A DNA stretch of 29,859 bases from Verrucomicrobiota bacterium. Its GTDB lineage: Bacteria > Verrucomicrobiota > Verrucomicrobiia > Verrucomicrobiales > DEV007. Location: NCBI GenBank assembly GCA_045046875.1, contig JASFYY010000031.1, positions 1-29,859 on the forward strand, in the 5' to 3' direction. The notes beneath the pieces were generated by a model, which did not search any database, was not told the origin of the DNA, and saw only the letters and a list, made by a program, of their open reading frames with translations. How positions within the stretch are numbered: the stretch's first letter is position 1; the number at the start of each line of letters is the position of its first letter. Made by a program: the position numbers and the translations under genes. This document shows positions 17,161-26,627 of the stretch, one piece after another.

Positions 17161-17907
17161 ATGAATTGTTTCCAAACACCACGCATCGGATTGGTAATTA
17201 TCTTTCTCATTTTATTCTCCCAGAATAAAATGCTCATGGCACAGATCCAACGCAAGCCCATCGCTACGTTTCAACATGACAACAATGGCCCCGGCCCTAA
17301 CCTCATCGGACCAATAGTTTTTAATCAAGGAAGGCAGTTACTGACTTGGAATGGAAATACCGTAAAAATATCCCCTATTAACGGTGATGGGGCTGTCATC
17401 TCATTTATTCACGAATCCCAGATTAGCAATGCTAAAATCATCAACAAGGGACAACAGTTATTAACCTCTAGCCGTAATGAAATCGTGACAATCTGGCCTA
17501 TTTCCCGGGGTGAGGCGGTCGCCGTATTTAAACACGAAAATTTCATCTATGGAGCAAAAACTATCAATGGCGATAAACAACTTCTGACTTGGAGTGAGGA
17601 TGGCACTATAAAAATCTGGCCAATCAGCGGAGGAAACGCAATCGTTACTATTCAACACGAAAAGCCTGATGACGGATACAATTTTGCAGTCCATGGGGTT
17701 AAGGTCATAGACGATGGAAAGCAATTACTAAGCTGGGGCGATGACGGAACCGCAAAAATCTGGCCAATCACCGGGGGGAAACCCACCGCCACCTTTCAAA
17801 ACGAAAACGGAAGTGCTCTCTATGGTGCAAAAATTATTAATAATGGAAAGCAGTTGCTGACTTGGAGCCATGACAAAACCGCAAAAATTTGGGATATCAG
17901 CGACTGA
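17161..17907 (+). CDS. Secreted WD40-like repeat protein (5 repeats)
   Basis: Hydrophobic signal-like N-terminus followed by five ~40-48 aa repeats F.H...GAK.I..GKQLL(T/S)W..DGT.KIW(P/D)I. Confidence 0.8.
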   Translation: MNCFQTPRIGLVIIFLILFSQNKMLMAQIQRKPIATFQHDNNGPGPNLIGPIVFNQGRQLLTWNGNTVKISPINGDGAVISFIHESQISNAKIINKGQQLLTSSRNEIVTIWPISRGEAVAVFKHENFIYGAKTINGDKQLLTWSEDGTIKIWPISGGNAIVTIQHEKPDDGYNFAVHGVKVIDDGKQLLSWGDDGTAKIWPITGGKPTATFQNENGSALYGAKIINNGKQLLTWSHDKTAKIWDISD

Positions 17908-17952
17908 GTCGTCTTACCTTTTTTAAACTTTTTTTGGCAAACCCCAACCAAT

Positions 17953-18891
17953 TTAAGAATTGGCGAGCACCACATCCTCGCTCTCGTCTTCCATCGCCAA
18001 CAGCGCATCCAACACAGCGGATTTCTCTGTTTTGCGTGGGGCCGCGCCACCCACAGGGCGTGGACCGGGATCCTCTTTTTTCTGCAAGGCACGACGCAAT
18101 TTTTTCAATGCGATGTTCTGCAACTGACGAATCCTCTCACGAGTCACGCCAAAGACCTGACCCACTTCTTCCAAAGTGCGCGGTTTCTGACCATTAAGTC
18201 CAAAACGAGCATCAACGATTTTACGTTCGCGTTCGTCGAGAACTTCCAGCAAGTCATCCAACTGCAAATGCATGTTTTTATGACTCACCAGCTCTAAAGG
18301 TGTTTGTGCTTTTTCGTCACCGATGATCTCACCAAATTCGGTATTGTCATCATCGCTGATCGGAGCATCCAATGACGCCGGACGCAAAGCCGCCGATTTC
18401 AGATGCGAAAGCTTGGCACGATCAATACCGATCTCTTCGGCCAACTCTTCATCGGTTGGTTCACGACCGAGCTCTTCGCTCAAAACCATGGCCACACGGC
18501 GCATTTTGGAAATTTTATCCACCATGTGGACTGGGAGACGAATCGTTTTGCTTTGGTTGGCCAAAGCACGTTTGATCGACTGCTTGATCCACCAGGCTGC
18601 GTAAGTACTCAACTTGCCACCCTTGTTCGGATCAAAGCGCTCAACCGCTTTCATCAATCCGATGTTGCCTTCCGAAATCAAATCCAATAGCGGCAGGCCA
18701 TAATTGGCGTAATCCTGCGCGATTTTCACCACCAGGCGCAGGTTCGCTTTGATCATGTGCGCACGAGCTTCCGCATCGCCCACTTTAATGCGATCCGCCA
18801 ACTCGACCTCTTCCTCACGGGTCAATAGTGGGGTTTTGCCAATTTCCCGGAGGTAAATTTTAATGCCCCCGTCTAATTCAAGATTTGCCAT
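17953..18891 (-). CDS. RpoD/SigA-family sigma-70 factor lacking region 1.1
   Basis: YLREIG.TPLL, NLRLVV.IA, DLI.EGNIGLMKAVERFD, STYA.WWI.Q and TLEEVG..FGVTRERIRQ. Confidence 0.95.
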   Translation of the reverse strand: MANLELDGGIKIYLREIGKTPLLTREEEVELADRIKVGDAEARAHMIKANLRLVVKIAQDYANYGLPLLDLISEGNIGLMKAVERFDPNKGGKLSTYAAWWIKQSIKRALANQSKTIRLPVHMVDKISKMRRVAMVLSEELGREPTDEELAEEIGIDRAKLSHLKSAALRPASLDAPISDDDNTEFGEIIGDEKAQTPLELVSHKNMHLQLDDLLEVLDERERKIVDARFGLNGQKPRTLEEVGQVFGVTRERIRQLQNIALKKLRRALQKKEDPGPRPVGGAAPRKTEKSAVLDALLAMEDESEDVVLANS

Positions 18892-19205
18892 GCCTCTTTC
18901 CTATTCTCTATTTTACTGGATCAGGGGTACTACGAACTTTATTCTAAAATCTATCTGCTTATCCGTTTATACGTTCTTACGGCTTAGCGCTTACAATATT
19001 CTAAGCGTTTTTACGAGGAAAATTTGTCTTTTCATTAAGAAAAAGCAGCAGCCTACGCCGTCATACTTTTCCAATACAGTGACATTCACCTTGTCCGATA
19101 GGAACCCGCTCTTAGCATAGACTACAATAAAGTCAAATTTGTTCAAAGAAATTCGGCTTTATTATGTTTTTTTCAGAACAATTATAACTACCATAGGGAA
19201 TTGCC

Positions 19206-20723
19206 TCAGCTAACAGCCGCAAACGCGATTTCCAGCCGTTTGATCAAATCTTCTGCATCTTCCAAACCAACACTGATCCTTATCAAATCACGTTTGACCC
19301 CCCACGAAACCGCCCAGTCGAGTTCATCATAATGCGCCAGCAACGTGTAGGGGCAGGCCAACGAATAATTCGCCCCCAAACTAGGCCCCTTGCTGATAGC
19401 CAGAGCATCATAAAACAAAGGCGCTGCTGCTTCGGCATCCTTAAGTGATACCGACAGCATGCCCCCAAAACCTCCCTCTTCCCGCCGCAACGCATCGTAT
19501 TCCCTCCGGAAATGATCTCTCGGATACCACACTTGCTCCACCTTGGGATGATTCTTTAAAAAATCGACCACCACTTCTGCCGTGCGATTGATCCTCTGCA
19601 TGCGCTCGACAAAATCACGTGAATTTTTTTCCAAAACCACCGCATCCTCCAACCACAAATCATCCCCGCTTTCACGCAACAAACCCTCACGCAAATAATC
19701 CGCAAAAGGTGAACGGTGATTCACAATCACCGCGCCTCCCATCACATCACCCACTCCACTGAAATATTTGGTCAGACTGGTGGTCACGACATCAGCAAAT
19801 GCAAAAGCATCAACATTCACCACCGTGCCCACCGTATCATCTACGATCAATGGCAGTCCATGCTGACGAGTCACTTGTGACAGCGTTGCCAAATCCACCG
19901 TGCGCAGCAAAGGGTTGCTGGGCACCTCGGTGTAAACTGCAGACAGCGACTCGTTCTGCAAGCGCTGTTTCAAGTCCTCTACTGGATCACTCTTACCCCC
20001 TAAATACTCATGCACCCCGGGGCCAAATTCCTCCTGCACTTTCAAAGCGTCCACATAGGGAAACTCCAACTGCGCGCTTTTGAGCCCCGCGCATCTTCTT
20101 GATGCCACCCGCTGAACCGCAAAAATCGCCGCCATTCCACATGAGAATAAAAACACATCCGCCACATCCTGTCCACTGAGCTCGGCCAAACGCTGACGCA
20201 ATTTCACCTTCGCTGCCTCACCTTCATCCGGTAAAGATTCACCGAGGTCTTTTCCACCAGCCAAAGCGTTGAGTGCCGCCAGCGCCATCCGGCTGCTGAC
20301 GATCTCGCCACCAAAGCGCCAGAACTTCAAGGCAGCGTTTTTTTTATCCACAGGCAGAATCACCGCCGTGAGTTGCTGCCACTCCATAACTTGCACCCGA
20401 CTCTCTACATCAAAGCGCTCACTCACATAGGCCACACAACGATCAGCGGCAGCGGCAGATGGAAATACCACACAGGTTTCACCCTCGCCAGCCAAACGCT
20501 CATCAGCCAGCGCATTCAGCTTCACCACATCGGGGTGGAGAAAAAAGCGAGGATAACCGCACTGCATTTTATCTACCACCGCCGGCTCTTGTTCTTCATA
20601 GCCGATCACATGCTGCCAGAGAGGCAAAGCGACCGACACCGCGTGATGTGAGTCCGGAATCGGGCCGCCCAAATCTTCGGCACGCGACATCGGCTCTGTA
20701 AGCAAGTCTCTCATAACATCCAA
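19206..20723 (-). CDS. Cystathionine gamma-synthase, long Str2-like type (Cys/Met metabolism PLP family)
   Basis: N-terminal HAVSV.LP.W...GYEE...GYPRFF, EVPSNPLL, VDDT, PLP-Lys SLTKYFSG and KGPSLG.N.SLACPY..LAHY.EL. Confidence 0.82.
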   Translation of the reverse strand: MDVMRDLLTEPMSRAEDLGGPIPDSHHAVSVALPLWQHVIGYEEQEPAVVDKMQCGYPRFFLHPDVVKLNALADERLAGEGETCVVFPSAAAADRCVAYVSERFDVESRVQVMEWQQLTAVILPVDKKNAALKFWRFGGEIVSSRMALAALNALAGGKDLGESLPDEGEAAKVKLRQRLAELSGQDVADVFLFSCGMAAIFAVQRVASRRCAGLKSAQLEFPYVDALKVQEEFGPGVHEYLGGKSDPVEDLKQRLQNESLSAVYTEVPSNPLLRTVDLATLSQVTRQHGLPLIVDDTVGTVVNVDAFAFADVVTTSLTKYFSGVGDVMGGAVIVNHRSPFADYLREGLLRESGDDLWLEDAVVLEKNSRDFVERMQRINRTAEVVVDFLKNHPKVEQVWYPRDHFRREYDALRREEGGFGGMLSVSLKDAEAAAPLFYDALAISKGPSLGANYSLACPYTLLAHYDELDWAVSWGVKRDLIRISVGLEDAEDLIKRLEIAFAAVS

Positions 20724-20735
20724 AATACCCGTGCC

Positions 20736-21908
20736 CTAAACGTCCGTGCTCACCTTGGCAAGTCCCTCGGTCACATCGGCGATCAAATCCTCCACCCGCT
20801 CAATACCAATGGAAAACCGCACTAGGGAATCGGTGATACCCACTGCTTCCCGGGTTGCTTTTGGAATCGCCGCATGAGTCATCGACGCCGGATGACAGCA
20901 CAGGGATTCAATGCCACCCAAACTTTCCGCTTTAGGAAAATACTGCAAACTTTCGACGAAGTTCATAGTGCTAACAAGATCCAAACCAAAATCCACCGTG
21001 ACAATACCCGAGCCGCCATGCATCTGCTTCTTGGCAATAGCGTATTGTGGATGCGATTCGAGGAAAGGATATCTTACCGTGTAAGCCGGGCTTTCCTGCT
21101 CCAAAAATCTGGCGAAACACAATCCACTCTCACTGTGGCGCTCCATCCGCAGAGCCTGGGTTTTCACCCCGCGCATAATCAGCCAACTATCAAAAGGTGA
21201 CGGCTGCAGACCCAGTGCTTTTTGGGCAAAAATCATTTTATCCTGCCACTCATCAGAATTCGTACACACCACCCCACCCAGAGCATCAGAGTGGCCGTTG
21301 CTGTATTTGGTGGTGCTCAACAGAGACAAGTCCGCACCCAGCTCCAAGGGACGCTGCAAATAACTTGAAGCAAAGGTATTATCCACCAGCAGCAAACTGC
21401 CCGCCGCATGAGTGGCATCCGCCACTGCTTGAATATCGAGCACCTTCAGCAAAGGATTTGTCGGCGACTCGATCCACACCAGCACCGGGCGATGTTTTTC
21501 GATCAACTCGAAATTTTTCTCATCACTCAAATCTCCATACACCACCTCAACACCAAATTTCTCGAACACCTGGGCGAACAAACGAAAAGTGCAGCCGTAG
21601 ATGTTTTCCTCCGCCACCACCACATCACCCGATTTCAGCGTGGAAACCACTGCAGTGATCGCCGAGACACCGCTACCAAAAACCGTGGCATGATCCCCGC
21701 CTTCCAAACTTGCCAAGGTTCGCTCCAACATGCGGAAATTTGGATTCCCTGAACGGGTATAATCAAAACCGCCTTCATTGCCATACTCAAAAGTCGAAGT
21801 CAGATAAACCGGCGGAATCACCGCACCCGTGCCCGCCACGTAATCATGCCCGCTATGCACCGCACGGGTTTCAAAACCCGCTTTGTTGTCCTTTGTTTGT
21901 TTTTTCAT
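20736..21908 (-). CDS. Cystathionine gamma-lyase/beta-lyase/gamma-synthase family PLP enzyme
   Basis: YTRSGNP, ESPTNP, VDNTF, STTKY.NGHSD (PLP Lys), AESLGG.ESL..HP..MTH and R.SIG.E. Confidence 0.92.
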   Translation of the reverse strand: MKKQTKDNKAGFETRAVHSGHDYVAGTGAVIPPVYLTSTFEYGNEGGFDYTRSGNPNFRMLERTLASLEGGDHATVFGSGVSAITAVVSTLKSGDVVVAEENIYGCTFRLFAQVFEKFGVEVVYGDLSDEKNFELIEKHRPVLVWIESPTNPLLKVLDIQAVADATHAAGSLLLVDNTFASSYLQRPLELGADLSLLSTTKYSNGHSDALGGVVCTNSDEWQDKMIFAQKALGLQPSPFDSWLIMRGVKTQALRMERHSESGLCFARFLEQESPAYTVRYPFLESHPQYAIAKKQMHGGSGIVTVDFGLDLVSTMNFVESLQYFPKAESLGGIESLCCHPASMTHAAIPKATREAVGITDSLVRFSIGIERVEDLIADVTEGLAKVSTDV

Positions 21909-22200
21909 CAGCTAACCATGTTTTATTCCCCTCACACCGCCAAGCGCTCAGGGTATGAGTGAACGCTAATTAAGCCCTTTTCCCTGCACAATCAAAGATT
22001 GCTTGTGTCATGCCGCCGCAAGCCCACAACACGCTATACCGCATATCAAGAACCATTTTGCATGGGGTCTGACTCTTTATTTTTCAATACCTGATTGTTT
22101 TCTTATTTGTCCAAGCTCCGCAGCCACCGCTCACAAGCATTATACTCACAAGAGGCCTGACCCTTAGCAGAATCTTTGCACCAAAAGCCCAGCTAAGCTT

Positions 22201-23106
22201 TCAAATGGTTCTCAGGGTGGCGTGAGCGGTGCTCCATTTGCCTTTACGGATCACTCGATCAAAGGCTAAGCCCGCCTGCTCGCCTGCCTGCAGGCAATTT
22301 TTTTCCTGACTGTTCAAAATACCGGATATGATCAGTTCTCCGCCAGGACTCAGATATGCCGGAAGCTTAGGAAAAAGCTCGATCAACACATCATGGAAAA
22401 TATTGGCTGCAATCAAATCATATGTCTGCTTGCCCGGTGGCTGCCATTGCAAAACATCTCCCTCGATCAAGCAGTCCCCCTCCAAGCAATTATTCTTCGC
22501 CAAACGGCGAGCGGTACGCACCGCCATTTCGTCAAAATCTATACCAACAACAGACTGCGCTCCCAAGCCATTCGCCGCCGCACTCAAAATACCACTGCCA
22601 CAGCCGAGATCCAAAAAACTCCATGGGGCAAGCCTGTCCTTATTGCGATTTTTCACATAATCGCAAATCAAACGCAAGCAGGTCGCTGTGGTGGCATGCC
22701 CGCCGGTCCCGAAAGCCAAGGCCGGAGGATAAGACAAAACCAAACGCTTGGGAAAATCTTCCCGTAACTGCTGCAAAATCGCTTCGTTCGTTTCCTGGCT
22801 GACAATGATTCGATCACGGATCTTCAGCACTTCACCCTGCGACGCTTTGACAGGCTGAGACATGGCCTCAAGCTCAGCTTCTGAAATATACTCGATGCGA
22901 CCGCCAAATTTTTTCTCCCAGCCACTAAGTTCCTCAGCTGAAGGACCAAACATCTCAAGCCGCCAGGTTTTTTTGCCGGCCTGATGACTGATCGTGGCAC
23001 CGAGCAAAGCGGAAGATTCAATCACCGCCTCCCATGTGTTCACCTCGCTCTCGCTGCGAAGAGCTTTTGACCATCGATAAATGCCTGCTTGCGGTCCGCT
23101 CTTCAT
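22201..23106 (-). CDS. prmA: Ribosomal protein L11 methyltransferase
   Basis: LAFGTG.H.TT..CL, LDLGCGSGIL, D.I.ANI and LIISGIL. Start moved to ATG 23106 because the longer ORF overlaps the tRNA. Confidence 0.85.
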   Translation of the reverse strand: MKSGPQAGIYRWSKALRSESEVNTWEAVIESSALLGATISHQAGKKTWRLEMFGPSAEELSGWEKKFGGRIEYISEAELEAMSQPVKASQGEVLKIRDRIIVSQETNEAILQQLREDFPKRLVLSYPPALAFGTGGHATTATCLRLICDYVKNRNKDRLAPWSFLDLGCGSGILSAAANGLGAQSVVGIDFDEMAVRTARRLAKNNCLEGDCLIEGDVLQWQPPGKQTYDLIAANIFHDVLIELFPKLPAYLSPGGELIISGILNSQEKNCLQAGEQAGLAFDRVIRKGKWSTAHATLRTI

Positions 23107-23115
23107 TTTAAAAAA

Positions 23116-23190
23116 TGGAGCGGGTGAGGCGATTCGAACGCCCGACTTCGACCTTGGCAAGGTCGCGCTCTACCCCTGAGCTACACCCGC
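23116..23190 (-). tRNA. tRNA-Gly (anticodon GCC), CCA encoded
   Basis: GCGGGTGTAGCTCAGGGGTAGAGCGCGACCTTGCCAAGGTCGAAGTCGGGCGTTCGAATCGCCTCACCCGCTCCA forms a full cloverleaf. Confidence 0.97.
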
Positions 23191-23348
23191 AATCACAATC
23201 CTGTGATCTATCAAATCGGCACTAAACCGATCAGCCGCCGGAGCGGATGCCAACTTAACGACTCCAATGCCATCAAATCAAGCGGTTTTTCACTAAAAAA
23301 ACTAGCTCTTCCTCGCAGTCTGCGTTTCTATGTGGCAAATACACATTT

Positions 23349-24218
23349 ATGAAAAATCGTCTCGACGAAATCATTGCCCATAAACGCACAGAGATTGAAA
23401 AAATCCTGCCACTTACTGAAAAGTTACGCTTTGCTGCAGCTGAGCGAAATGATTTCCGCTCCTTTGCCAATGCCCTGCGTGATCCGCTGGTAGAAACCGA
23501 CCCCTCCTTGTCCATCATCGCCGAAGTCAAAAAAGCCTCACCCTCGGTCGGCGTTATCAGTGAAGATTTTGACCCAGTGGCTATCGCTACAGAATATGCC
23601 CGCTGTGGTGCCAACGCGATTTCAGTGCTCACCGATGAAAAATTCTTCAAGGGCAAACTTTCCTATTTATCTGCCATTCGTGAAAAAGTCGCGCTGCCAC
23701 TGCTGAGAAAAGATTTCATCGTCCACGAAGCCCAAATCTATGAAGCGGTTATCGCTGGGGCCGACGCCATCTTGCTGATTGTTGCTGTCCTGACCCAGGA
23801 CGAACTGAATCGTTTCCTCGATATCGCCGAGTCTTATCAATTGGATGTGCTGGTGGAAGTGCACGATCTAGCCGAACTCGACCGCGCTCTGGATACCGAG
23901 GCCACCATCATAGGTATCAACAACCGCAATCTCAAAACTTTCGACGTTAGCCTCGAAACCACCTTCCAATTGGCGCAAGAGCTCGGTCCTGATCATATTC
24001 TGATCAGTGAAAGCGGAATCTCCACCGGCGAAGACGCCAGCAACGTCCGGCAGTGCGGAGCCGATGCTATTCTTGTCGGTGAAGCGCTGATGCGCAGTGA
24101 AGACAAGGCCTCCAAAATGGAGGAACTCAAGGTTATCCCGGCTTATACTGAAGAAGATGACCCTCAGTCGGATATCGCAGGGGATGAAGATGACGTCATC
24201 GACTTATTGCCAAGGTAG
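23349..24218 (+). CDS. trpC: Indole-3-glycerol phosphate synthase
   Basis: IAEVKKASPS.G, SVLTD..FF.G, LRKDF, LVEVH, GINNRNL, SESGI and LVGE.LM. Confidence 0.96.
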   Translation: MKNRLDEIIAHKRTEIEKILPLTEKLRFAAAERNDFRSFANALRDPLVETDPSLSIIAEVKKASPSVGVISEDFDPVAIATEYARCGANAISVLTDEKFFKGKLSYLSAIREKVALPLLRKDFIVHEAQIYEAVIAGADAILLIVAVLTQDELNRFLDIAESYQLDVLVEVHDLAELDRALDTEATIIGINNRNLKTFDVSLETTFQLAQELGPDHILISESGISTGEDASNVRQCGADAILVGEALMRSEDKASKMEELKVIPAYTEEDDPQSDIAGDEDDVIDLLPR

Positions 24219-24988
24219 TACACCTGCTCCAACATCAATCCATCCGCCGGGGCACAGAATGGGGCCTTTTCAGAAAAATCTACCCCAGCCAATAATCGTT
24301 GAATCTCCGCCGGATCTAGTTTTCCCTGAGCGCATCGGATCACGCTGCCCACCATAAACCTAACCATTTTGTATAGAAAACCCTCGCCCTCGAACCGCAA
24401 GTCTATCAACGGCTCTTGCTGCGATTGCAACACCTCCACTGAGTGAATCGTACGCTGCGCGTCACGGGTTTCGTCATGCCCATCTCCACGGTTAGCTGAA
24501 AACGCTCTAAAATCATGCCGTCCGACAAACAACTGCGCCGCTTCGTGTAAAAGAGCTCTATCCAGCTTCCCTCTCATCTGCCACACCAAGCCATGTTGTA
24601 GCGGTGGCAAAACTGCACCTTCAAACAAGCGATAACGATAACATTTACCCGTCGCATTAAAACGAGCGTGAAAATCCAAATCCACCTGCTCACAGTCCAT
24701 CACCCGAATCTGGGGGGGCAAATGAGCGTTGAGAGCTTTCTGCCAATTACCAACATCCAAGCGCGCACTAGCGGGAGCATCAAAATGCGCTCTTTGCGCC
24801 ATCGCACTGACACCGGCATCCGTCCGCCCCGATCCTTGCACCGACTCTATTTGCGGACAGACCCCTTTTAATGCCTTTAACAAGTGATCCTGCACCGTGT
24901 TACCGCCCACTTGACTCTGCCACCCCTCGAAAATACGCCCGTCATAGGCCAAGCTCAGAAGAAATCGTTTCCGACCTTCTTCAGCCAT
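24164..24988 (-). CDS. truA: tRNA pseudouridine(38-40) synthase
   Basis: AYDG..F.GWQ.Q, GRTDAGV, FHARF, G.HDF..F and GFLYKMVR. Start ATG 24988 overlaps the ruvX stop (ATGGCTGA). Confidence 0.94.
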   Translation of the reverse strand: MAEEGRKRFLLSLAYDGRIFEGWQSQVGGNTVQDHLLKALKGVCPQIESVQGSGRTDAGVSAMAQRAHFDAPASARLDVGNWQKALNAHLPPQIRVMDCEQVDLDFHARFNATGKCYRYRLFEGAVLPPLQHGLVWQMRGKLDRALLHEAAQLFVGRHDFRAFSANRGDGHDETRDAQRTIHSVEVLQSQQEPLIDLRFEGEGFLYKMVRFMVGSVIRCAQGKLDPAEIQRLLAGVDFSEKAPFCAPADGLMLEQVYYLGNKSMTSSSSPAISD

Positions 24989-25508
24989 AAGTCTCGTCAT
25001 CGTAAAAAATATCAAGATCATCATTAAGCGATGACCCACCACCCAATTTCATATCATCCTCCATTTCGTCTTCCGAAGGTTCTCGATAATCCAGGTAACC
25101 TTGCAAAATTTCAACCGCCGCTGCCTGATCAATGCTATCGCGTTGGTCTTTATCCGATTTACCTGCTTCACTCAGCTTTTCCGAGGCAGCAACTGTGGTC
25201 AATCTTTCGTCTTCTTCAACAATCGTCACTTTCTCCGGCAGTAATTTTCGCAGTTTCCCCAAAAACTTGCGTACTTTCTTAACCGCCGGGCCTTCACTGC
25301 CATCCATGTTCAAGGGTAAACCCAATACCACCACCTCAGTCTTGCGTTCACTAACGATCTCCGCAAGTCGAGCAACCGCCGCATCCTCGTTTTCACCGGC
25401 AACGGTTTCATGCGGGTGCGCCAACATACCTAGATCATCACTCACAGCCACGCCTATGCGAACTGTTCCGTAGTCGATACCTAATGCGCGAAATATTTTA
25501 TCTGCCAT
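24981..25508 (-). CDS. ruvX: YqgF/RuvX pre-16S rRNA nuclease / Holliday-junction-resolvase-like protein
   Basis: LGIDYG..RIGVA.SD, VLGLP..MDG, DERLTT and D..AA..ILQ.YL. Confidence 0.94.
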   Translation of the reverse strand: MADKIFRALGIDYGTVRIGVAVSDDLGMLAHPHETVAGENEDAAVARLAEIVSERKTEVVVLGLPLNMDGSEGPAVKKVRKFLGKLRKLLPEKVTIVEEDERLTTVAASEKLSEAGKSDKDQRDSIDQAAAVEILQGYLDYREPSEDEMEDDMKLGGGSSLNDDLDIFYDDETYG

Positions 25509-25529
25509 CTCTAAAATTCAGTCACTGTT

Positions 25530-26627
25530 TTATTTTAATTCGTCTGGCACTTCATCCACCAGTTCTTTCATTCCGTCCATCGCTTCTTTGGCGGCGACCA
25601 GAATAGCATCCGATGTTTGTACCACAATCAAATTGTTCACCCCTAAAAGCGCCACTCGCACTTTATCCTCGGCGTACACCACATTGTTATTGGAATCAAC
25701 CGAACTCAAGGCACTATTGCAAGCATTACCTTGTTTATCCCTATCAAAGTATTTGCCAGCCGACACCCAGTTGCCAAGATCATCCCAATCAAAAGCAGCT
25801 TCAATATTGAATACACACGATGCTTTTTCCATCAAGGCATAATCGATAGAAATTTTCGGTAATTGCGAAAATTTTTCTTTCACGGTTTGATTGAAATCGA
25901 CTGATTTTTGTAAATCTGCAACAAAATGAGCCAAGTCCGGGCAATGCTGCTCAAGCTCACTGATCACTGTAGGGACGCGCCAGACAAATATCCCCGCATT
26001 CCAGGAAAAATTTCCCTGCTCGATGAATTCCGTCGCTAGCTGGGTATTAGGTTTTTCACGAAAACAATCAACCCGATAAACTACCGGTACATTTTCATTC
26101 TCTGCCACACTTGAAATCGGCTGCCCCCTTTGAATATAACCATAAGCAGTACAGGGCCAGGTAGGTTTAATACCAATCGTCACAATGCCCTGCTCACGGG
26201 CAGCCACATCGACCGCCTGCCGCATCGTCTGACAAAAAGCATTTTGATCCTGAATCAGCTGATCCGATGGCACAACCATCATCGTCGCCTGCGAATCCCT
26301 TGCGGCCACCCAACCCAAAGCCAATGCAATCGCCGGGGCGGTATCACGCTTCTCCGGCTCGGCAACAATGTTCCCACCTGGCAGTCGATCTTTCAAAATC
26401 TCACGCACCGCATCCTCCTGATCGCTATTGGTCAAAACCAAAATGTTCTCTGCAGGCAGCAAGCCGCGCATACGGGAAACTGTGAGTTCTAACATTGAAT
26501 CTTGTGCGTCAAATAATGACAACAACTGCTTGGGCCGCAAAGTTCGACTCACCGGCCAAAACCGCGTGCCGCTACCACCTGCCAAAATCAATGCGTAAGT
26601 GCTGGATAATTCCGTTCCGCTCATCAT
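25530..26627 (-). CDS. manC: Mannose-1-phosphate guanylyltransferase
   Basis: ILAGGSGTRFWP.SR...PKQ, EP..RDTAPAI, PSD, YGYI, F.EKP, SIDYA.MEK and WDDLG.W. Confidence 0.93.
   Translation of the reverse strand: MMSGTELSSTYALILAGGSGTRFWPVSRTLRPKQLLSLFDAQDSMLELTVSRMRGLLPAENILVLTNSDQEDAVREILKDRLPGGNIVAEPEKRDTAPAIALALGWVAARDSQATMMVVPSDQLIQDQNAFCQTMRQAVDVAAREQGIVTIGIKPTWPCTAYGYIQRGQPISSVAENENVPVVYRVDCFREKPNTQLATEFIEQGNFSWNAGIFVWRVPTVISELEQHCPDLAHFVADLQKSVDFNQTVKEKFSQLPKISIDYALMEKASCVFNIEAAFDWDDLGNWVSAGKYFDRDKQGNACNSALSSVDSNNNVVYAEDKVRVALLGVNNLIVVQTSDAILVAAKEAMDGMKELVDEVPDELK

Noticed and set aside
21909..22200. SAM riboswitch upstream of the Cys/Met genes
   Set aside because: I could not find SAM-I, SAM-II or SAM-SAH core motifs on the minus (sense) strand. 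An Rfam/Infernal scan would be decisive.
23107..23160. prmA N-terminal extension MPRSKSGVRIASPAPFFK
   Set aside because: It is a translation of the tRNA sequence.
23116..23190. tRNA-Gly as an integration site for an island
   Set aside because: I saw no integrase and no duplicated tRNA 3' end in the window, and the flanking genes are housekeeping.
24795..24830. TruA motif GRTDAGVSA instead of GRTDAGVHA
   Set aside because: The catalytic Asp is intact and Ser at this position occurs in other TruA-family members, so there is no evidence of inactivation.
24989..25042. Longer truA start at 25042
   Set aside because: It overlaps ruvX coding sequence. ATG 24988 gives typical stop/start coupling.
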